Positions 29,675-40,461 of a stretch of 64,000 bases of DNA are shown here, piece by piece. Source of the stretch: an uncultured Bacilli bacterium (GTDB lineage: Bacteria > Bacillota_I > Bacilli_A > RF39 > UBA660); the NCBI GenBank assembly GCA_934091055.1, contig CAKOKN010000005.1, forward strand, positions 58 to 64,057, read 5' to 3'. How positions within the stretch are numbered: position 1 is the stretch's first letter; each line of letters starts with the position of its first letter. Position numbers and translations under genes: made by a program. The notes beneath the pieces are model-generated. The model ran no database searches. It saw only the letters and a program-made list of their open reading frames with translations, and was not told where the DNA came from.

Positions 29675-29701
29675 TGTCTACCTTATGGTAGGCGTTTTTT
29701 T
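29675..29701 (+). terminator. Terminator after the transporter gene
   Basis: Stem gtctacc/ggtaggc (with G-U pairs), loop ttat, then T7. Confidence 0.6.
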
Positions 29702-29782
29702 GCGCACAAAGTCTTATTTTAGTGTTTAAAATATTTCAAAATATATCATTATATACATAGAATAGATTGAGAGGAGAATAAT

Positions 29783-32092
29783 ATGATAGGCAATTTTAGT
29801 GAGGAAGCACAGAAGGTTCTACTTAATGCAAAAAATGAAATGTTAAATTTAGGACATCCTTATATAGGGACAGAACATCTTTTATTATCTATACTTAAAA
29901 GTGATGGTAGTATTTCTGATAGATTAAAAGAATATGGACTTAATTATAATAATTTTAAAGAGGAATTATCAAGAATAGTTGGTAGTACTAATAATAAGAC
30001 AGAGTTTTTCTTATATACCCCTTTGTTAAAGAAGGTTATAGAGTCTGCTATAATGGATAGTAGAGAAAATAATGATGGAGAGGTTACAGTAGAGCATTTA
30101 TTTTTCTCTATGTTAGAAGAAGGAGAAGGTATAGCAATAAGACTTCTTATTGGTATGAAGATTGATATAGAGACAATGTACGATGATTTTTCTATAAGTT
30201 TAATAAAAAAAGGAAAAAAGAATAAGAAGAAAAAGCTTTTAATAGATGATCTGGGTGTTGATATTACAGAGAGGGCTAAAAATAAAGAACTTGATCCAGT
30301 GATTGGAAGAGATAAAGAAGTTAAAAGGGTGATGGAAATATTATGTCGTAGAACAAAAAATAACCCTATTTTGATAGGTGCTGCAGGTGTTGGCAAGACT
30401 GCAATAGTGGAGGAGTTATCTAGACTTATAGCTAATGATGATGTTCCAAATAATCTTGCAAATAAGAAAATTATTTCTCTTGATATGGCTACTATGGTGG
30501 CAGGAACAAAGTATCGTGGTGAGTTTGAAGAAAGAATGAAAAAAGTATTAAAGGAAATTGAAGATAATTCTGAGATAATTCTATTTATAGATGAGATACA
30601 TACTTTGGTTGGGGCAGGTGGAGCTGAGGGGGCAATAGATGCTTCTAATATATTAAAACCTGCACTTGCTAGAGGCAAGATTAGATGTATAGGGGCAACA
30701 ACAACAGATGAATATAAAAAGTTTATAGAAAAGGATTCTGCATTAGAGAGAAGATTCCAAAAAGTTAAGGTAGAAGAACCAAACATTAAAGAAACAAAAA
30801 ATATTTTATTAAAAATCAAATTTTTATATGAAAAATACCATAATGTTATTATAGAAGACACTATAGTCGATGAAATTGTCAATTTATCTGAGAAGTATAT
30901 ATTTGATCGCAATAGACCAGATAAAGAAATAGATGTGTTAGATGAAGTTTGTTCTATGGTTAGCATTAAAGAAAATAAGGATACTGGTAAACTAAAGAGT
31001 ATAAAAAAAGAAATTACTAAATTAAATAAAGAAAGAAATAGTTATATTATTGATAATTCAATAGATAGGGCGTATGAAATTAGAAAGAAGATAACTAAGC
31101 TTTCATCAGACTTAAATAAAATTGAGTTGATGTGCAAGAATGAAAAGAATGTAATTTCAAAAGAGGATGTAGCTACAGTAATTAATAATAGAACAGGTAT
31201 TCCTATATATGATATAATGAAGAATAATGTTGATGGTGGTTCAATGTATAATAGTTTAAGTAGTGTCATTGTAGGACAAAACAAAATTATAGATAATTTA
31301 ATAGATATTACAAAAAGAATCAAAACTGGTTATAATAATAAATGCTATTCTTGTTTATTTGTAGGATCTTCAGGTGTTGGTAAAAGTATGTTGGCTAAAA
31401 GATATGCTGATTTATTAGTGGGTCATAAAAACCTTATTAGATTAGATATGAGTGAATACTCAGATAGTACTTCAGTTAATAAGATACTAGGTTCTTCGCC
31501 TGGATATGTCGGATATGATGATAATAAAAATATTTTAGAAGAAATTCGTAATAAGCCTAATAGTGTGTTGTTGCTTGATGAGATAGATAAAGCTCATCAA
31601 GCAGTTATTAATTTGTTTTATCAGATATTAGAGGAAGGAGAAATAAAGAATTCTAAGGGGGTTAATGTTAAATTTAATAATGTTCTTATTTTAATGACTT
31701 CAAATGTAGGCTTTGATAAGAATAGTATTGGATTTAATAAAGTATCTGATGGTAATGTTATGGTAAGCTTAAAGAATTATTTTAATAGTGCGTTTGTTAA
31801 TAGAATAGATAATATTTTAGTATTTAATAGATTAAAAGAAGAAGATATTAGAAATATAATTACTGATAGAATTAATAATTTACAAACTAAATATAATAAT
31901 ATTTCTATTAATATTAAACCAAGAGTAATAGATGAAATATTAGATAAAAGTGATTATTATGAGTTTGGAGCTAGAAGAATAGATAAGATTATTTCTAAAA
32001 ATATAGAGAGTATTATTATTGATAATATTGTTATGGGAAATAGTGAAGTAGTTATTAATTCGATAAATGAAAAGAATATCACGATGATGTGA
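29783..32092 (+). CDS. clpC: ATP-dependent Clp protease ATP-binding subunit ClpC-like
   Basis: Two Clp_N repeats and two AAA modules (GAAGVGKTA/DEIH and GSSGVGKS/LLDEIDKAH). A middle coiled coil and an IGF loop are also present. Confidence 0.85.
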   Translation: MIGNFSEEAQKVLLNAKNEMLNLGHPYIGTEHLLLSILKSDGSISDRLKEYGLNYNNFKEELSRIVGSTNNKTEFFLYTPLLKKVIESAIMDSRENNDGEVTVEHLFFSMLEEGEGIAIRLLIGMKIDIETMYDDFSISLIKKGKKNKKKKLLIDDLGVDITERAKNKELDPVIGRDKEVKRVMEILCRRTKNNPILIGAAGVGKTAIVEELSRLIANDDVPNNLANKKIISLDMATMVAGTKYRGEFEERMKKVLKEIEDNSEIILFIDEIHTLVGAGGAEGAIDASNILKPALARGKIRCIGATTTDEYKKFIEKDSALERRFQKVKVEEPNIKETKNILLKIKFLYEKYHNVIIEDTIVDEIVNLSEKYIFDRNRPDKEIDVLDEVCSMVSIKENKDTGKLKSIKKEITKLNKERNSYIIDNSIDRAYEIRKKITKLSSDLNKIELMCKNEKNVISKEDVATVINNRTGIPIYDIMKNNVDGGSMYNSLSSVIVGQNKIIDNLIDITKRIKTGYNNKCYSCLFVGSSGVGKSMLAKRYADLLVGHKNLIRLDMSEYSDSTSVNKILGSSPGYVGYDDNKNILEEIRNKPNSVLLLDEIDKAHQAVINLFYQILEEGEIKNSKGVNVKFNNVLILMTSNVGFDKNSIGFNKVSDGNVMVSLKNYFNSAFVNRIDNILVFNRLKEEDIRNIITDRINNLQTKYNNISINIKPRVIDEILDKSDYYEFGARRIDKIISKNIESIIIDNIVMGNSEVVINSINEKNITMM

Positions 32093-32099
32093 TATTCTT

Positions 32100-33359
32100 T
32101 TAATCTACAGTTTCTTTTACGTATATGTTACTGTCTAACTTTTGTACTATTTCTTTATAGGTATTATATACTTGTTTATAGTTTGGTAGATAATCTTTGA
32201 TTTCACTATTACTAAATGGTATGACTTTAAAGCCTCTCCAAGTTGATTGGTTATAATAATTGTATATTAATTCATTTTCTACGTTAGTTATTTTTATACT
32301 TGATTTGTCTTTGCTTACTGTTTTTTCAATGTTTAAGCTTGTCATTAATCCTGTAGTGCATTTGTAATCTGTGCAAGGTGCTTTGTTTTGATATTGTGCT
32401 GATATGAAATTTCCTAGAGAGTATATTACTAGTGTATTATCTATCCAAGTTACTGGTTGTATTACGTGAGGATGTGTTCCTATTATTATATCTACTCCTA
32501 GTGATGCTAGGTAATTGGCCATATCTTTTTCATAAGCGGTTGGCTCAAATGTATATTCTACTCCCCAGTGGGCTGCTACTATAAGGACATCTACTTTGTC
32601 TCTTACTTTTTCAATATCTTCTTTTACTTGTTTCTTATATGCTTGATATTTAGTGTCTTTTTCTGGATTATTAATATTGTCTATATCAGTAGGCCAAACA
32701 TTTACTAAATAATCATTTGGTACGGGCATACCATTTGTTCCATATGTATAATTAAGCATTGTGTATTTAATATTGTTTTTTTCTGCTATTTTAATTTCAT
32801 TTCTTTCTTCGTCACTACAATAACTACCAGCAGTTAATACATTTGTTTTTTCTTTCCAATATTTACAAGAGTTTTCTACGGCTTTTTTGCCACTGTCCAT
32901 AGTGTGGTTTGTTGCTAAGCTTACTAGGTTAAATCCAGCATCTAACATTGCATCTCCTGCTTCATATGGTGAATTAAATGTTGGGTAGTCAGATAGTCCT
33001 AATTCTGTTCCTCCTAATATTGTTTCTTGATTGTAATAACCAATGTCGTAATTGGAAACTATTTCTTTTATATTTGTTATCATTGGTTTGAAATCATAAC
33101 CGTCATAATTGGCATGTTTATTGGCATCTTTATATAATGATGAATGTATTAAATAATCTCCTACTGCTATTAATGATAACTCATATTTTTTTTCTTTATT
33201 ATCATTATTTTTGTCTGTTTTTTCTTCTATATTTGGTTCTTTTTCTTTATTTAATAGTTTATATGTTGGATATGAACCCGCTATTAATATTAAAAGTATA
33301 ATTAATACTATTTTTACACTTTTTTTAAGTTTTCTCTTTCTTTTTCTTCGTTTACTCAT
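32100..33359 (-). CDS. CapA-family metallophosphatase (poly-gamma-glutamate capsule synthesis-like)
   Basis: The start MSKRRKRKRK follows aaggtgg, then a TM helix. Motifs AVGDYLIHS, ATNHTMD, HWGVEY and GNFIS. Confidence 0.7.
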   Translation of the reverse strand: MSKRRKRKRKLKKSVKIVLIILLILIAGSYPTYKLLNKEKEPNIEEKTDKNNDNKEKKYELSLIAVGDYLIHSSLYKDANKHANYDGYDFKPMITNIKEIVSNYDIGYYNQETILGGTELGLSDYPTFNSPYEAGDAMLDAGFNLVSLATNHTMDSGKKAVENSCKYWKEKTNVLTAGSYCSDEERNEIKIAEKNNIKYTMLNYTYGTNGMPVPNDYLVNVWPTDIDNINNPEKDTKYQAYKKQVKEDIEKVRDKVDVLIVAAHWGVEYTFEPTAYEKDMANYLASLGVDIIIGTHPHVIQPVTWIDNTLVIYSLGNFISAQYQNKAPCTDYKCTTGLMTSLNIEKTVSKDKSSIKITNVENELIYNYYNQSTWRGFKVIPFSNSEIKDYLPNYKQVYNTYKEIVQKLDSNIYVKETVD

Positions 33360-33435
33360 TTTTACCACCTTACTATATAAGTATAACAAAACTATTATAT
33401 TTTGTAAATGAAAAAAACTTACTTTATAGTAAGCT

Positions 33436-34467
33436 TTAATTCATAAGTCCCCAACCGGTAACTACATATCTTCCGCCTTGTCTTTTGGCAGCAGCAGGTG
33501 GGTTATTATATAGTTTGTTATCAATTATTAATGATGAGGATTGTCCTCCATCTAGATTAGCAGCATTATATGCTCCGTATTTTAATAGGACATCAACCAT
33601 ATCTTGAAGACTTGCTCCGTTGATGTAGTTTTCTCCATCTATTACTAGGAACATCATAACTCCATCTTTTGTTTGGGCTATGGCTACACGTGGTGCTTGA
33701 CCCCAAGGGTCACCATATATTTCTAATGGCTTTCCATTAACTATTAGGAATGGACCGAATATCATACCATCACTTATGTTGGCTGCTAATGCTTCGTTAG
33801 CAGTGGCATTTGACATTAGTTTTAATTTGCTATCTTTGGTTATTCCAATAATATTGTCTCTAGCTGTGTCTGCGTCTTCTTTACCCCAAGTTATTTTTCC
33901 GTCTTGTATAACTATTCCAATTGGTATATCAGAACCATATCCTTCATCAATAAAGCCACCACCATTGATGCATACACTAGCGTCATATCTTTGACACATT
34001 GTTAGAACTCTTTCACCTTTACCACCAATATTAAATTGTTTTGTTGATATTAGTTTAACTTTTTCAGGTTTATATATTGCCACTAGATATCCTTTTGAAG
34101 TTCCTATTTTTAAGTTTATTACTTTGTAGGCATCATCAGGATTATCTCTAGTAAATAGTTCTTCTTCATATTTATCTTTATATTTAGATTTCTCTTTAGT
34201 GTTTATTACGACATCTTCAGTATTTGCATCTTCATCTATAGTTACAAAATAATTACTTTTATTTATTTTATCAATTGTTTCTTGACTATAAAAGATATTA
34301 GCAAAATATTGATGATTCATAGTTTTTAATGCTGTAGTTACATATAGGTTTCTTACATAATCAAATGGACCATACATCATTACAAAACCTGCTATAGCTA
34401 GAACATCTAAAATAATAAATACTATTGTAGTTTTATATATCTTTTTCTTACTTCTTTTCTTGTGCAT
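33436..34467 (-). CDS. Phosphodiester glycosidase family protein (DUF2233/NAGPA)
   Basis: The start MHKKRSKKK follows gaggtgg, then a TM helix. Motifs NGGGF, GPFLIVNG, PRVAIAQTKDG and ANLDGGQSS. A hairpin terminator lies at 33414-33432. Confidence 0.75.
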   Translation of the reverse strand: MHKKRSKKKIYKTTIVFIILDVLAIAGFVMMYGPFDYVRNLYVTTALKTMNHQYFANIFYSQETIDKINKSNYFVTIDEDANTEDVVINTKEKSKYKDKYEEELFTRDNPDDAYKVINLKIGTSKGYLVAIYKPEKVKLISTKQFNIGGKGERVLTMCQRYDASVCINGGGFIDEGYGSDIPIGIVIQDGKITWGKEDADTARDNIIGITKDSKLKLMSNATANEALAANISDGMIFGPFLIVNGKPLEIYGDPWGQAPRVAIAQTKDGVMMFLVIDGENYINGASLQDMVDVLLKYGAYNAANLDGGQSSSLIIDNKLYNNPPAAAKRQGGRYVVTGWGLMN

Positions 34468-34468
34468 T

Positions 34469-35806
34469 TTAATCCACCTCATATGGGTCAGAACTTGTTC
34501 CTGTTCCTTTTGTTAATATTTCTTTTTTGATTGATATTGTTGGAACAATTTTTAAGTTAGTAGTAGATACTTTAGTATATAATTTATAATCACTTTCCAT
34601 TACATATATTTGATTATTATCTTTAGATACTCCAGTTGATAAGTAATAATTAGTGGTTTCGTCATTTAGGAATATGTCTCCTATACTAAGTAGTCCTACT
34701 TTAGTATCCACTGTTGATGCTAAAACTTTAGTGTAATCATAATTAGTTGTGTTATTATATATTCCATTTGCAAATTTATCTTCATTAATTATGTTTTTAT
34801 AACTTAATGATGTTAAGTAAGTATTTTTTAGATAATAAGCAAGGGAGCCATTAGTAGTGTCATTATGATAATAACCATTATTTGAATATTTATATTTTAC
34901 TTCTTGATTGTTAAGTTTTAAATAGTCATTTAATGATAACTTTATTGAATTATCTGTTACGTTATAAACTCTCCATATGTCTTTGCCTAATTTAACATAA
35001 CTACCAAATAGTCCTTTACTGTCTTCAAATGTATAAGGATTTTCTTTACTACCATTTCCTTCTTTAAGAGTTATGGTATTTTTGATTGTGATAACTGGTT
35101 TAACTCCTAGTATTTCATCTTCTGTATAGTTTGTCTTTCCTGTGTCATCAATATACATTAAATTGTTATCTTTATTAGCATTAGCTAAATAGAAGTATTC
35201 TTCATTATTTAGGAAACCATTATTGCCACCAGTGTTTACATAGTCATATATTGATGGTAGGGTAATGTAAGTTTCTTTTATTTTATCTTTACAAGTAATA
35301 TTTTTGGTATCAGTTACTGTATCTTTACAAGTTTCTGTATATGTAAGATATTTTTCTATGTTGTTTAAATTACTTTCTAATATACCAGTATTATTTTCAT
35401 TACTCTTATTTAACCATTTATTTATATAAGTGTCATCATATTTTTTATTTTGACCTGGTGCAAGAGAAGTTATTGCTTTGTCTGCTACTACAGTTACAGA
35501 TTTATCTTTATTAATTTTAATTATTCTCCATAATATGTTTGAATATTCTACATAGTTATTTTCTTCATCGTTTGTAAAATAGTAGGCTTCATTTATTTCT
35601 TTAAAATTTTGGTTATCTTTGTTATTGTCTTTAATGTTATCTGATAATACAGTTATTTTTTCTACTTTGTTATTCTCTATATATAGTTTTATAAATCTAC
35701 TTCCATAGAAGATAACGCAAGCTAATAGAAATGTGAAACTAACTAGATTAAATACTTTTTGTATATTTATTTTTCTTTTTCTACCTTTTTTTACTTCTTT
35801 ATTCAC
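34469..35806 (-). CDS. Membrane-anchored protein with two repeated modules of about 190 aa, function unknown
   Basis: N-terminal TM helix. Each of the two modules contains a WR(I/V) motif (ILWRIIKINKD and DIWRVYNVTDN). Each ends in ITIK..G.GS..NPY or ISIK..GTGTSSDPY. Confidence 0.5.
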   Translation of the reverse strand: MNKEVKKGRKRKINIQKVFNLVSFTFLLACVIFYGSRFIKLYIENNKVEKITVLSDNIKDNNKDNQNFKEINEAYYFTNDEENNYVEYSNILWRIIKINKDKSVTVVADKAITSLAPGQNKKYDDTYINKWLNKSNENNTGILESNLNNIEKYLTYTETCKDTVTDTKNITCKDKIKETYITLPSIYDYVNTGGNNGFLNNEEYFYLANANKDNNLMYIDDTGKTNYTEDEILGVKPVITIKNTITLKEGNGSKENPYTFEDSKGLFGSYVKLGKDIWRVYNVTDNSIKLSLNDYLKLNNQEVKYKYSNNGYYHNDTTNGSLAYYLKNTYLTSLSYKNIINEDKFANGIYNNTTNYDYTKVLASTVDTKVGLLSIGDIFLNDETTNYYLSTGVSKDNNQIYVMESDYKLYTKVSTTNLKIVPTISIKKEILTKGTGTSSDPYEVD

Positions 35807-35936
35807 TAAATCATCCCTTTTCTACCTTTTTTATTATAACAAATATACTTTATTTTTACAAGGACTTATAAAAAAATCTAATCATTTAATTTACTTAGAT
35901 AAAAATAAATGATATAATGTTATTGAGAGTGATTAT

Positions 35937-36134
35937 ATGAATTATAGTTTAAATGATAGAGTTATTATGAAGAAGGTGCATCCTTGCGGGTGTAGTGAAT
36001 TTGAGATTATTAGACTTGGAGCAGACATAAAAATTAGATGTGTTAATTGTGATAGAGTTATTATGCTTCCAAGAGTTGAGTTTAATAAGAAAATAAAAAA
36101 GGTGATAAATAATGAAGAAAAAGAAAAGAATTAG
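35937..36134 (+). CDS. DUF951 family protein
   Basis: MKKVHPCGCSEFEIIRLGADIKIRCVNCDR is the characteristic DUF951 zinc-ribbon-like motif. Confidence 0.7.
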   Translation: MNYSLNDRVIMKKVHPCGCSEFEIIRLGADIKIRCVNCDRVIMLPRVEFNKKIKKVINNEEKEKN

Positions 36135-37650
36135 ATTACATCCTGCTTTGGTATTTTTGATACTTACACTTGCTATTATGATTATTAGTAGTATAGGTAG
36201 TATTCTTAATTTAGAGGCTAGTTATTATGTTGTTAATGAAGCTACTGGCGATTTGACTACTCAAGTTGTTACTATTACTAATTTGTTTAATAGAACTGGA
36301 CTTCAATACTTAATTAGTAATATGATAAATAATTTTCTTGAGTTTGCACCTTTAGGTAATTTAATAGTTGGTTTGTTAGGAGTAGGAGTAGCTTATAAAT
36401 CAGGCTTTCTTAACTCGCTATTTAAGATGATTAGTGAAAAAGTTCCTAGAAAGTTTTTAACATTTGTAGTAGTTCTTTTGGGTATTATATTTTCAATGTT
36501 TTATGAGGTTGGATATGTTATTTTGATACCACTTGCAGCAATATTGTTTATGAATTTAGGTAGACATCCTTCTGCAGGTATATGTGCAGCCTTTTCTGGA
36601 ATAACTTTTGGATATGGTGCTAATGTAGTTATAAATAGATTAGATAGTATGCTTACCTCTTATACTAATAAAGCTGCTTCAGTACTTGATACATCTTATG
36701 TTACTAATTTATATGGTAATTTAATTTTCACAATAGTTAGTATGTTCTTGTTATCATACGTTGGAATGTTAGTTACTGAAAGATTTATAATACCAAAATT
36801 GGGTAAATATTATTTTGATGAGGAAGAACCATCACAGGAAAGAGAAGTTACTAAAAAAGAAAAGAAGGGTGTTATCATATCATTACTTGCTACTTTCTTA
36901 GTATTTTTAGTGCTTGCTTATTGTTTAATAGATGGTTTACCATTTTCTGGTTTATTACTTGATCTTAGTCAGTCTGATTATGTTAATATGTTGTTTGGAG
37001 AAGGCTCATATTTTTATCAAGGATCTGTTACTATTGCATCATTTATGTTGATATTTAGTTCTCTTATATATGGAATAAGAGTAAAGAGTATAAAAGATAA
37101 TAGAGATTTAGTAGATGGTATGAGTTACTACTTAAAAGATGTTGCTTCTTTATTAGTTTTAATATTCTTTGTAGCACAATTTTGTTTAATATTTAAAAAG
37201 ACTAATATTGGTTTATTTATTGTAGCTTCACTTTCAGAATTACTTAATGGTATGCAGCTTTCTGGTCTTGCTCTTGTTGTTATAACATTTATAGTTGTTG
37301 CTATATCTACATTCTTTGTTCCTATGGCCTCAACTAAATGGGCTATGCTTTCACCAGTAATTGTACCTATGTTTATGCAGAGTTCTATGACTCCTGAGTT
37401 TGCTGAAGCAGTATTTAGAGCAGCAGATTCTAGTATGAAAGGACTTACACCATTATTTAGTTATTTTGTTATACTGATTGGCTTTCTTCATATTTATAAT
37501 AAGAGAAAAAATGGTGTTATTACTATAATAGATGCTATGAGTTTAATGGTTCCTTATGCTATTGCCTTTACGATATTATGGATAATTATAATTTTAGCAT
37601 TCTATATAATTGGAATACCTATAGGTATTGGAACTGGTGTAATGTTATAG
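36112..37650 (+). CDS. AbgT-family transporter (p-aminobenzoyl-glutamate/antimetabolite exporter family)
   Basis: 512 aa, polytopic. The N-terminal RLHPALVFL motif and the size fit AbgT. Confidence 0.55.
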   Translation: MKKKKRIRLHPALVFLILTLAIMIISSIGSILNLEASYYVVNEATGDLTTQVVTITNLFNRTGLQYLISNMINNFLEFAPLGNLIVGLLGVGVAYKSGFLNSLFKMISEKVPRKFLTFVVVLLGIIFSMFYEVGYVILIPLAAILFMNLGRHPSAGICAAFSGITFGYGANVVINRLDSMLTSYTNKAASVLDTSYVTNLYGNLIFTIVSMFLLSYVGMLVTERFIIPKLGKYYFDEEEPSQEREVTKKEKKGVIISLLATFLVFLVLAYCLIDGLPFSGLLLDLSQSDYVNMLFGEGSYFYQGSVTIASFMLIFSSLIYGIRVKSIKDNRDLVDGMSYYLKDVASLLVLIFFVAQFCLIFKKTNIGLFIVASLSELLNGMQLSGLALVVITFIVVAISTFFVPMASTKWAMLSPVIVPMFMQSSMTPEFAEAVFRAADSSMKGLTPLFSYFVILIGFLHIYNKRKNGVITIIDAMSLMVPYAIAFTILWIIIILAFYIIGIPIGIGTGVML

Positions 37651-37660
37651 GAGGTTTTAT

Positions 37661-38620
37661 ATGTATTTATTAACTACTACAGCTGATATACCAGTATGTC
37701 AGCTACCTGCAGTTTTGGAAGTTATCTATTTTGGAAAACTACTTATAAATGTTGTTAGGTTACTTTTACCAATAGGACTTATTATATTTTGTATGTTTGA
37801 TTTTAGTAAGTGTGTTGTTGCAGGTGATACTGAAGAGCAGGCTAAGAAATCTAAATTAGTATTTAAAAGAATTATATATGCTGTTTTGGTTTTTTCAGTT
37901 CCTTATATTGTTAGTTTGATGTCTACTGTTTTAAATGGCTTGGTACCAGATTATGATTCTTGTATAAATAATGCTACACTTGAAAATATTCAAATTTATA
38001 AGAAAGAGTATGATAAGGCGGTAGAAATAGAAAATCAACAAATAAAAGAAGCTTATGAAGAAACATTAAATAATACTATAAATAGTTCTGTAAATAGTTT
38101 AAATTCTGAGAGTAATCAAAATGTAGAATTTATAAATTTAAAGCAGGCTGATCCTAGATGGGGAAATGTTCCTTTATGCACTAATTATCAGAGAGGTGGT
38201 AATGATAAGAGAACAATAGCATCATCTGGGTGTGGTTTTGTATCTTATACAATGGTACTTAGAAGTTTTGGTAATGATATATATCCTAATCAATTAGTTG
38301 AAAAAGTATGTAGCTTGGGTGGAGGAAGATTTGGACACGCCGTACCTGATGATTTCTTTTTACTTAATAAGACTTATGGATTAAAGGGTAAATCTTTAGG
38401 AGTTACTGATTATGATGCTATGTATGCTGCATTAAGAGAAGGAAAAAGATTAATAATTAATTTTCCAGGACATTATATTTCAATTTTAGGAATTAAAAAT
38501 GGAAATATTGTTAAAATTGGAGATTCTTCAAGAAGATATGGTGATGGTTCATATACACTACAGAATATAGCTAATAATGAAGGTACATTTTATAATGTAA
38601 CTGCTATATGGAAGGAGTAA
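37661..38620 (+). CDS. Membrane protein with a C-terminal C39-like (papain-fold) cysteine peptidase domain
   Basis: Two or three TM segments, then SSGCGFVSYTMVL (Cys) and GHYISILG (His), typical of Peptidase_C39_2. Confidence 0.5.
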   Translation: MYLLTTTADIPVCQLPAVLEVIYFGKLLINVVRLLLPIGLIIFCMFDFSKCVVAGDTEEQAKKSKLVFKRIIYAVLVFSVPYIVSLMSTVLNGLVPDYDSCINNATLENIQIYKKEYDKAVEIENQQIKEAYEETLNNTINSSVNSLNSESNQNVEFINLKQADPRWGNVPLCTNYQRGGNDKRTIASSGCGFVSYTMVLRSFGNDIYPNQLVEKVCSLGGGRFGHAVPDDFFLLNKTYGLKGKSLGVTDYDAMYAALREGKRLIINFPGHYISILGIKNGNIVKIGDSSRRYGDGSYTLQNIANNEGTFYNVTAIWKE

Positions 38621-38625
38621 TTTAA

Positions 38626-39273
38626 GTGAAAAAAATATTATTATTATTGATGCTTATTTTAGTTACTGGATGTAGTGCCACATATGATCTATATATAGGA
38701 AATAATTTGACTGATGATATTTCTATACTAGAAGATAAAGAAAGATTAAAGACTATAAAAGAATATAATATGGAAGATGATACAATATTTAATACAGATA
38801 ATTTATCTTATAATATTTATAGTTTAGAGTCCGGTTTTGATTACAAAAGACAAGAAATATCAAATGATACTACTTCTGGATACCGCTATAGTTATTCTTA
38901 TGATATGAAAAATATGAATAAAAAATCAATGGTTTATGACTGCTATGATAATATAAGTATATCTAAGAAGGGTAAGATATTGATAGAGACAAGCGATGAG
39001 TTTAAGTGTTTTGATAAATATAATTTATTAGATGATGTAACAATTAATATTCATTATGATGGTGATTTATATGATACTAATGCTGATCGTTATGGTGGAG
39101 GTATTTATACTTGGAATATAAATAAAGATAATTATAAGAATAAGAAGATTTATTTAGAACTATATAAAACTAAAAGAAATTATACATTTGATATAATAGG
39201 AGGCTGCATTCTTTCCATTTTAATTATTGTTCTTTTAGTTATTGTTAAGAAGTTTGAACGTAAATCATATTAA
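38626..39273 (+). CDS. Lipoprotein with a C-terminal TM anchor, function unknown
   Basis: GTG start, lipobox LVTGC, and a C-terminal hydrophobic helix. Confidence 0.5.
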   Translation: MKKILLLLMLILVTGCSATYDLYIGNNLTDDISILEDKERLKTIKEYNMEDDTIFNTDNLSYNIYSLESGFDYKRQEISNDTTSGYRYSYSYDMKNMNKKSMVYDCYDNISISKKGKILIETSDEFKCFDKYNLLDDVTINIHYDGDLYDTNADRYGGGIYTWNINKDNYKNKKIYLELYKTKRNYTFDIIGGCILSILIIVLLVIVKKFERKSY

Positions 39274-39276
39274 TTA

Positions 39277-39316
39277 AATAAACTTTCTATATTTTTGTTA
39301 GAAAGTTTATTTTTTA
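39277..39316 (+). terminator. Terminator
   Basis: 13-bp stem aataaactttcta/tagaaagtttatt followed by a T-run. Confidence 0.7.
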
Positions 39317-39352
39317 TGGTATAATAAAATGGTTAAGAAAGAAGTGATATAA

Positions 39353-40450
39353 ATGAGTTTGACTGCTGGTATAGTTGGACTTCCAAATGTAGGGAAATCA
39401 ACTTTATTTAATGCAATTACTAAAAAGAATATATTGGCCGCTAATTATCCTTTTGCTACGATTGATCCTAATGTTGGAGTAGTTACTGTTCCTGATAAAA
39501 GAGTAGAAGTATTGGAAAATATGTATGTTCCTGAGAGAACCATTCCTACTACTTATGAATTTACGGATATAGCAGGGCTAGTAAAGGGTGCTAGTACTGG
39601 TGAAGGACTTGGTAATAAGTTTTTATCACATATAAGACAAGTAGATGCTATTGTTGAGGTTGTTAGATGTTTTGATGATGAAAATATTATTCATGTTGAT
39701 GGTAATGTTGATCCAATAAGAGATATTGAAGTTATTAATGTAGAACTAGTTCTTTCGGACTTAGAAATTATTACTACAAGAATTAGTAAGATTGGTAAAA
39801 AGGCTATGACTACTAAAAACAAGGATGATGTTAAAGAGATAGAATTACTAGAAAGAATAAGAGATGCTTTAGAAAAGAATGTTCCTGTTAGGAAACTTGG
39901 ATTAGATGATGAAGAAAAGAAGATTATTAGTTCTTTTAATTTAATTACTTTAAAACCTATTATATACGCTCTTAATGTTAGTGAAGAAGATATTGTTAAT
40001 GGTAATGAGTATACAAATAGAGTATTTGAGTATGCTAAAAATGAAGGTAGTGAAGTAGTTATTATTTCTGCGAAGATAGAAAGTGAACTTGCTGAACTTG
40101 ATGATGATGAAAAAATGCTATTCTTAAATGATCTTGGTATTACTTCAAGTGGTCTTGATAAGTTAATTGATAAAACTTATAAATTACTTGGACTTGCTAC
40201 ATTCTTTACTGTTGGATCGGATGAAGTTAGAGCTTGGACATTTAAAAAAGGTATGAAGGCTCCTGAATGTGCTGGTATTATTCATTCAGATTTTGAAAGA
40301 GGTTTTATTAAAGCAGAAGTTATGTCTTATGATGATTTAGTGGCTGCGGGTAGTGAACTAAAGGTTAGAGAAGCTGGTAGGGCAAGAATTGAAGGAAAAG
40401 AATATGTAATGCAAGATGGAGATATTTGTCATTTTAGATTTAATGTATAG
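39353..40450 (+). CDS. ychF: Redox-regulated ribosome-binding ATPase YchF
   Basis: G1 motif GIVGLPNVGKST, and the C-terminal TGS-like signature FTVG..EVRAW, FIKAEV. Confidence 0.95.
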   Translation: MSLTAGIVGLPNVGKSTLFNAITKKNILAANYPFATIDPNVGVVTVPDKRVEVLENMYVPERTIPTTYEFTDIAGLVKGASTGEGLGNKFLSHIRQVDAIVEVVRCFDDENIIHVDGNVDPIRDIEVINVELVLSDLEIITTRISKIGKKAMTTKNKDDVKEIELLERIRDALEKNVPVRKLGLDDEEKKIISSFNLITLKPIIYALNVSEEDIVNGNEYTNRVFEYAKNEGSEVVIISAKIESELAELDDDEKMLFLNDLGITSSGLDKLIDKTYKLLGLATFFTVGSDEVRAWTFKKGMKAPECAGIIHSDFERGFIKAEVMSYDDLVAAGSELKVREAGRARIEGKEYVMQDGDICHFRFNV

Positions 40451-40461
40451 AAAGGGTAAAT

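Noticed and set aside
29944-30966. 340-aa antisense ORF inside clpC
   Set aside because: It is fully contained in a strongly supported AAA+ gene. Its translation is Ser/Ile/Leu/Phe low-complexity, typical of the reverse frame of an AT-rich coding sequence, and it has no RBS.
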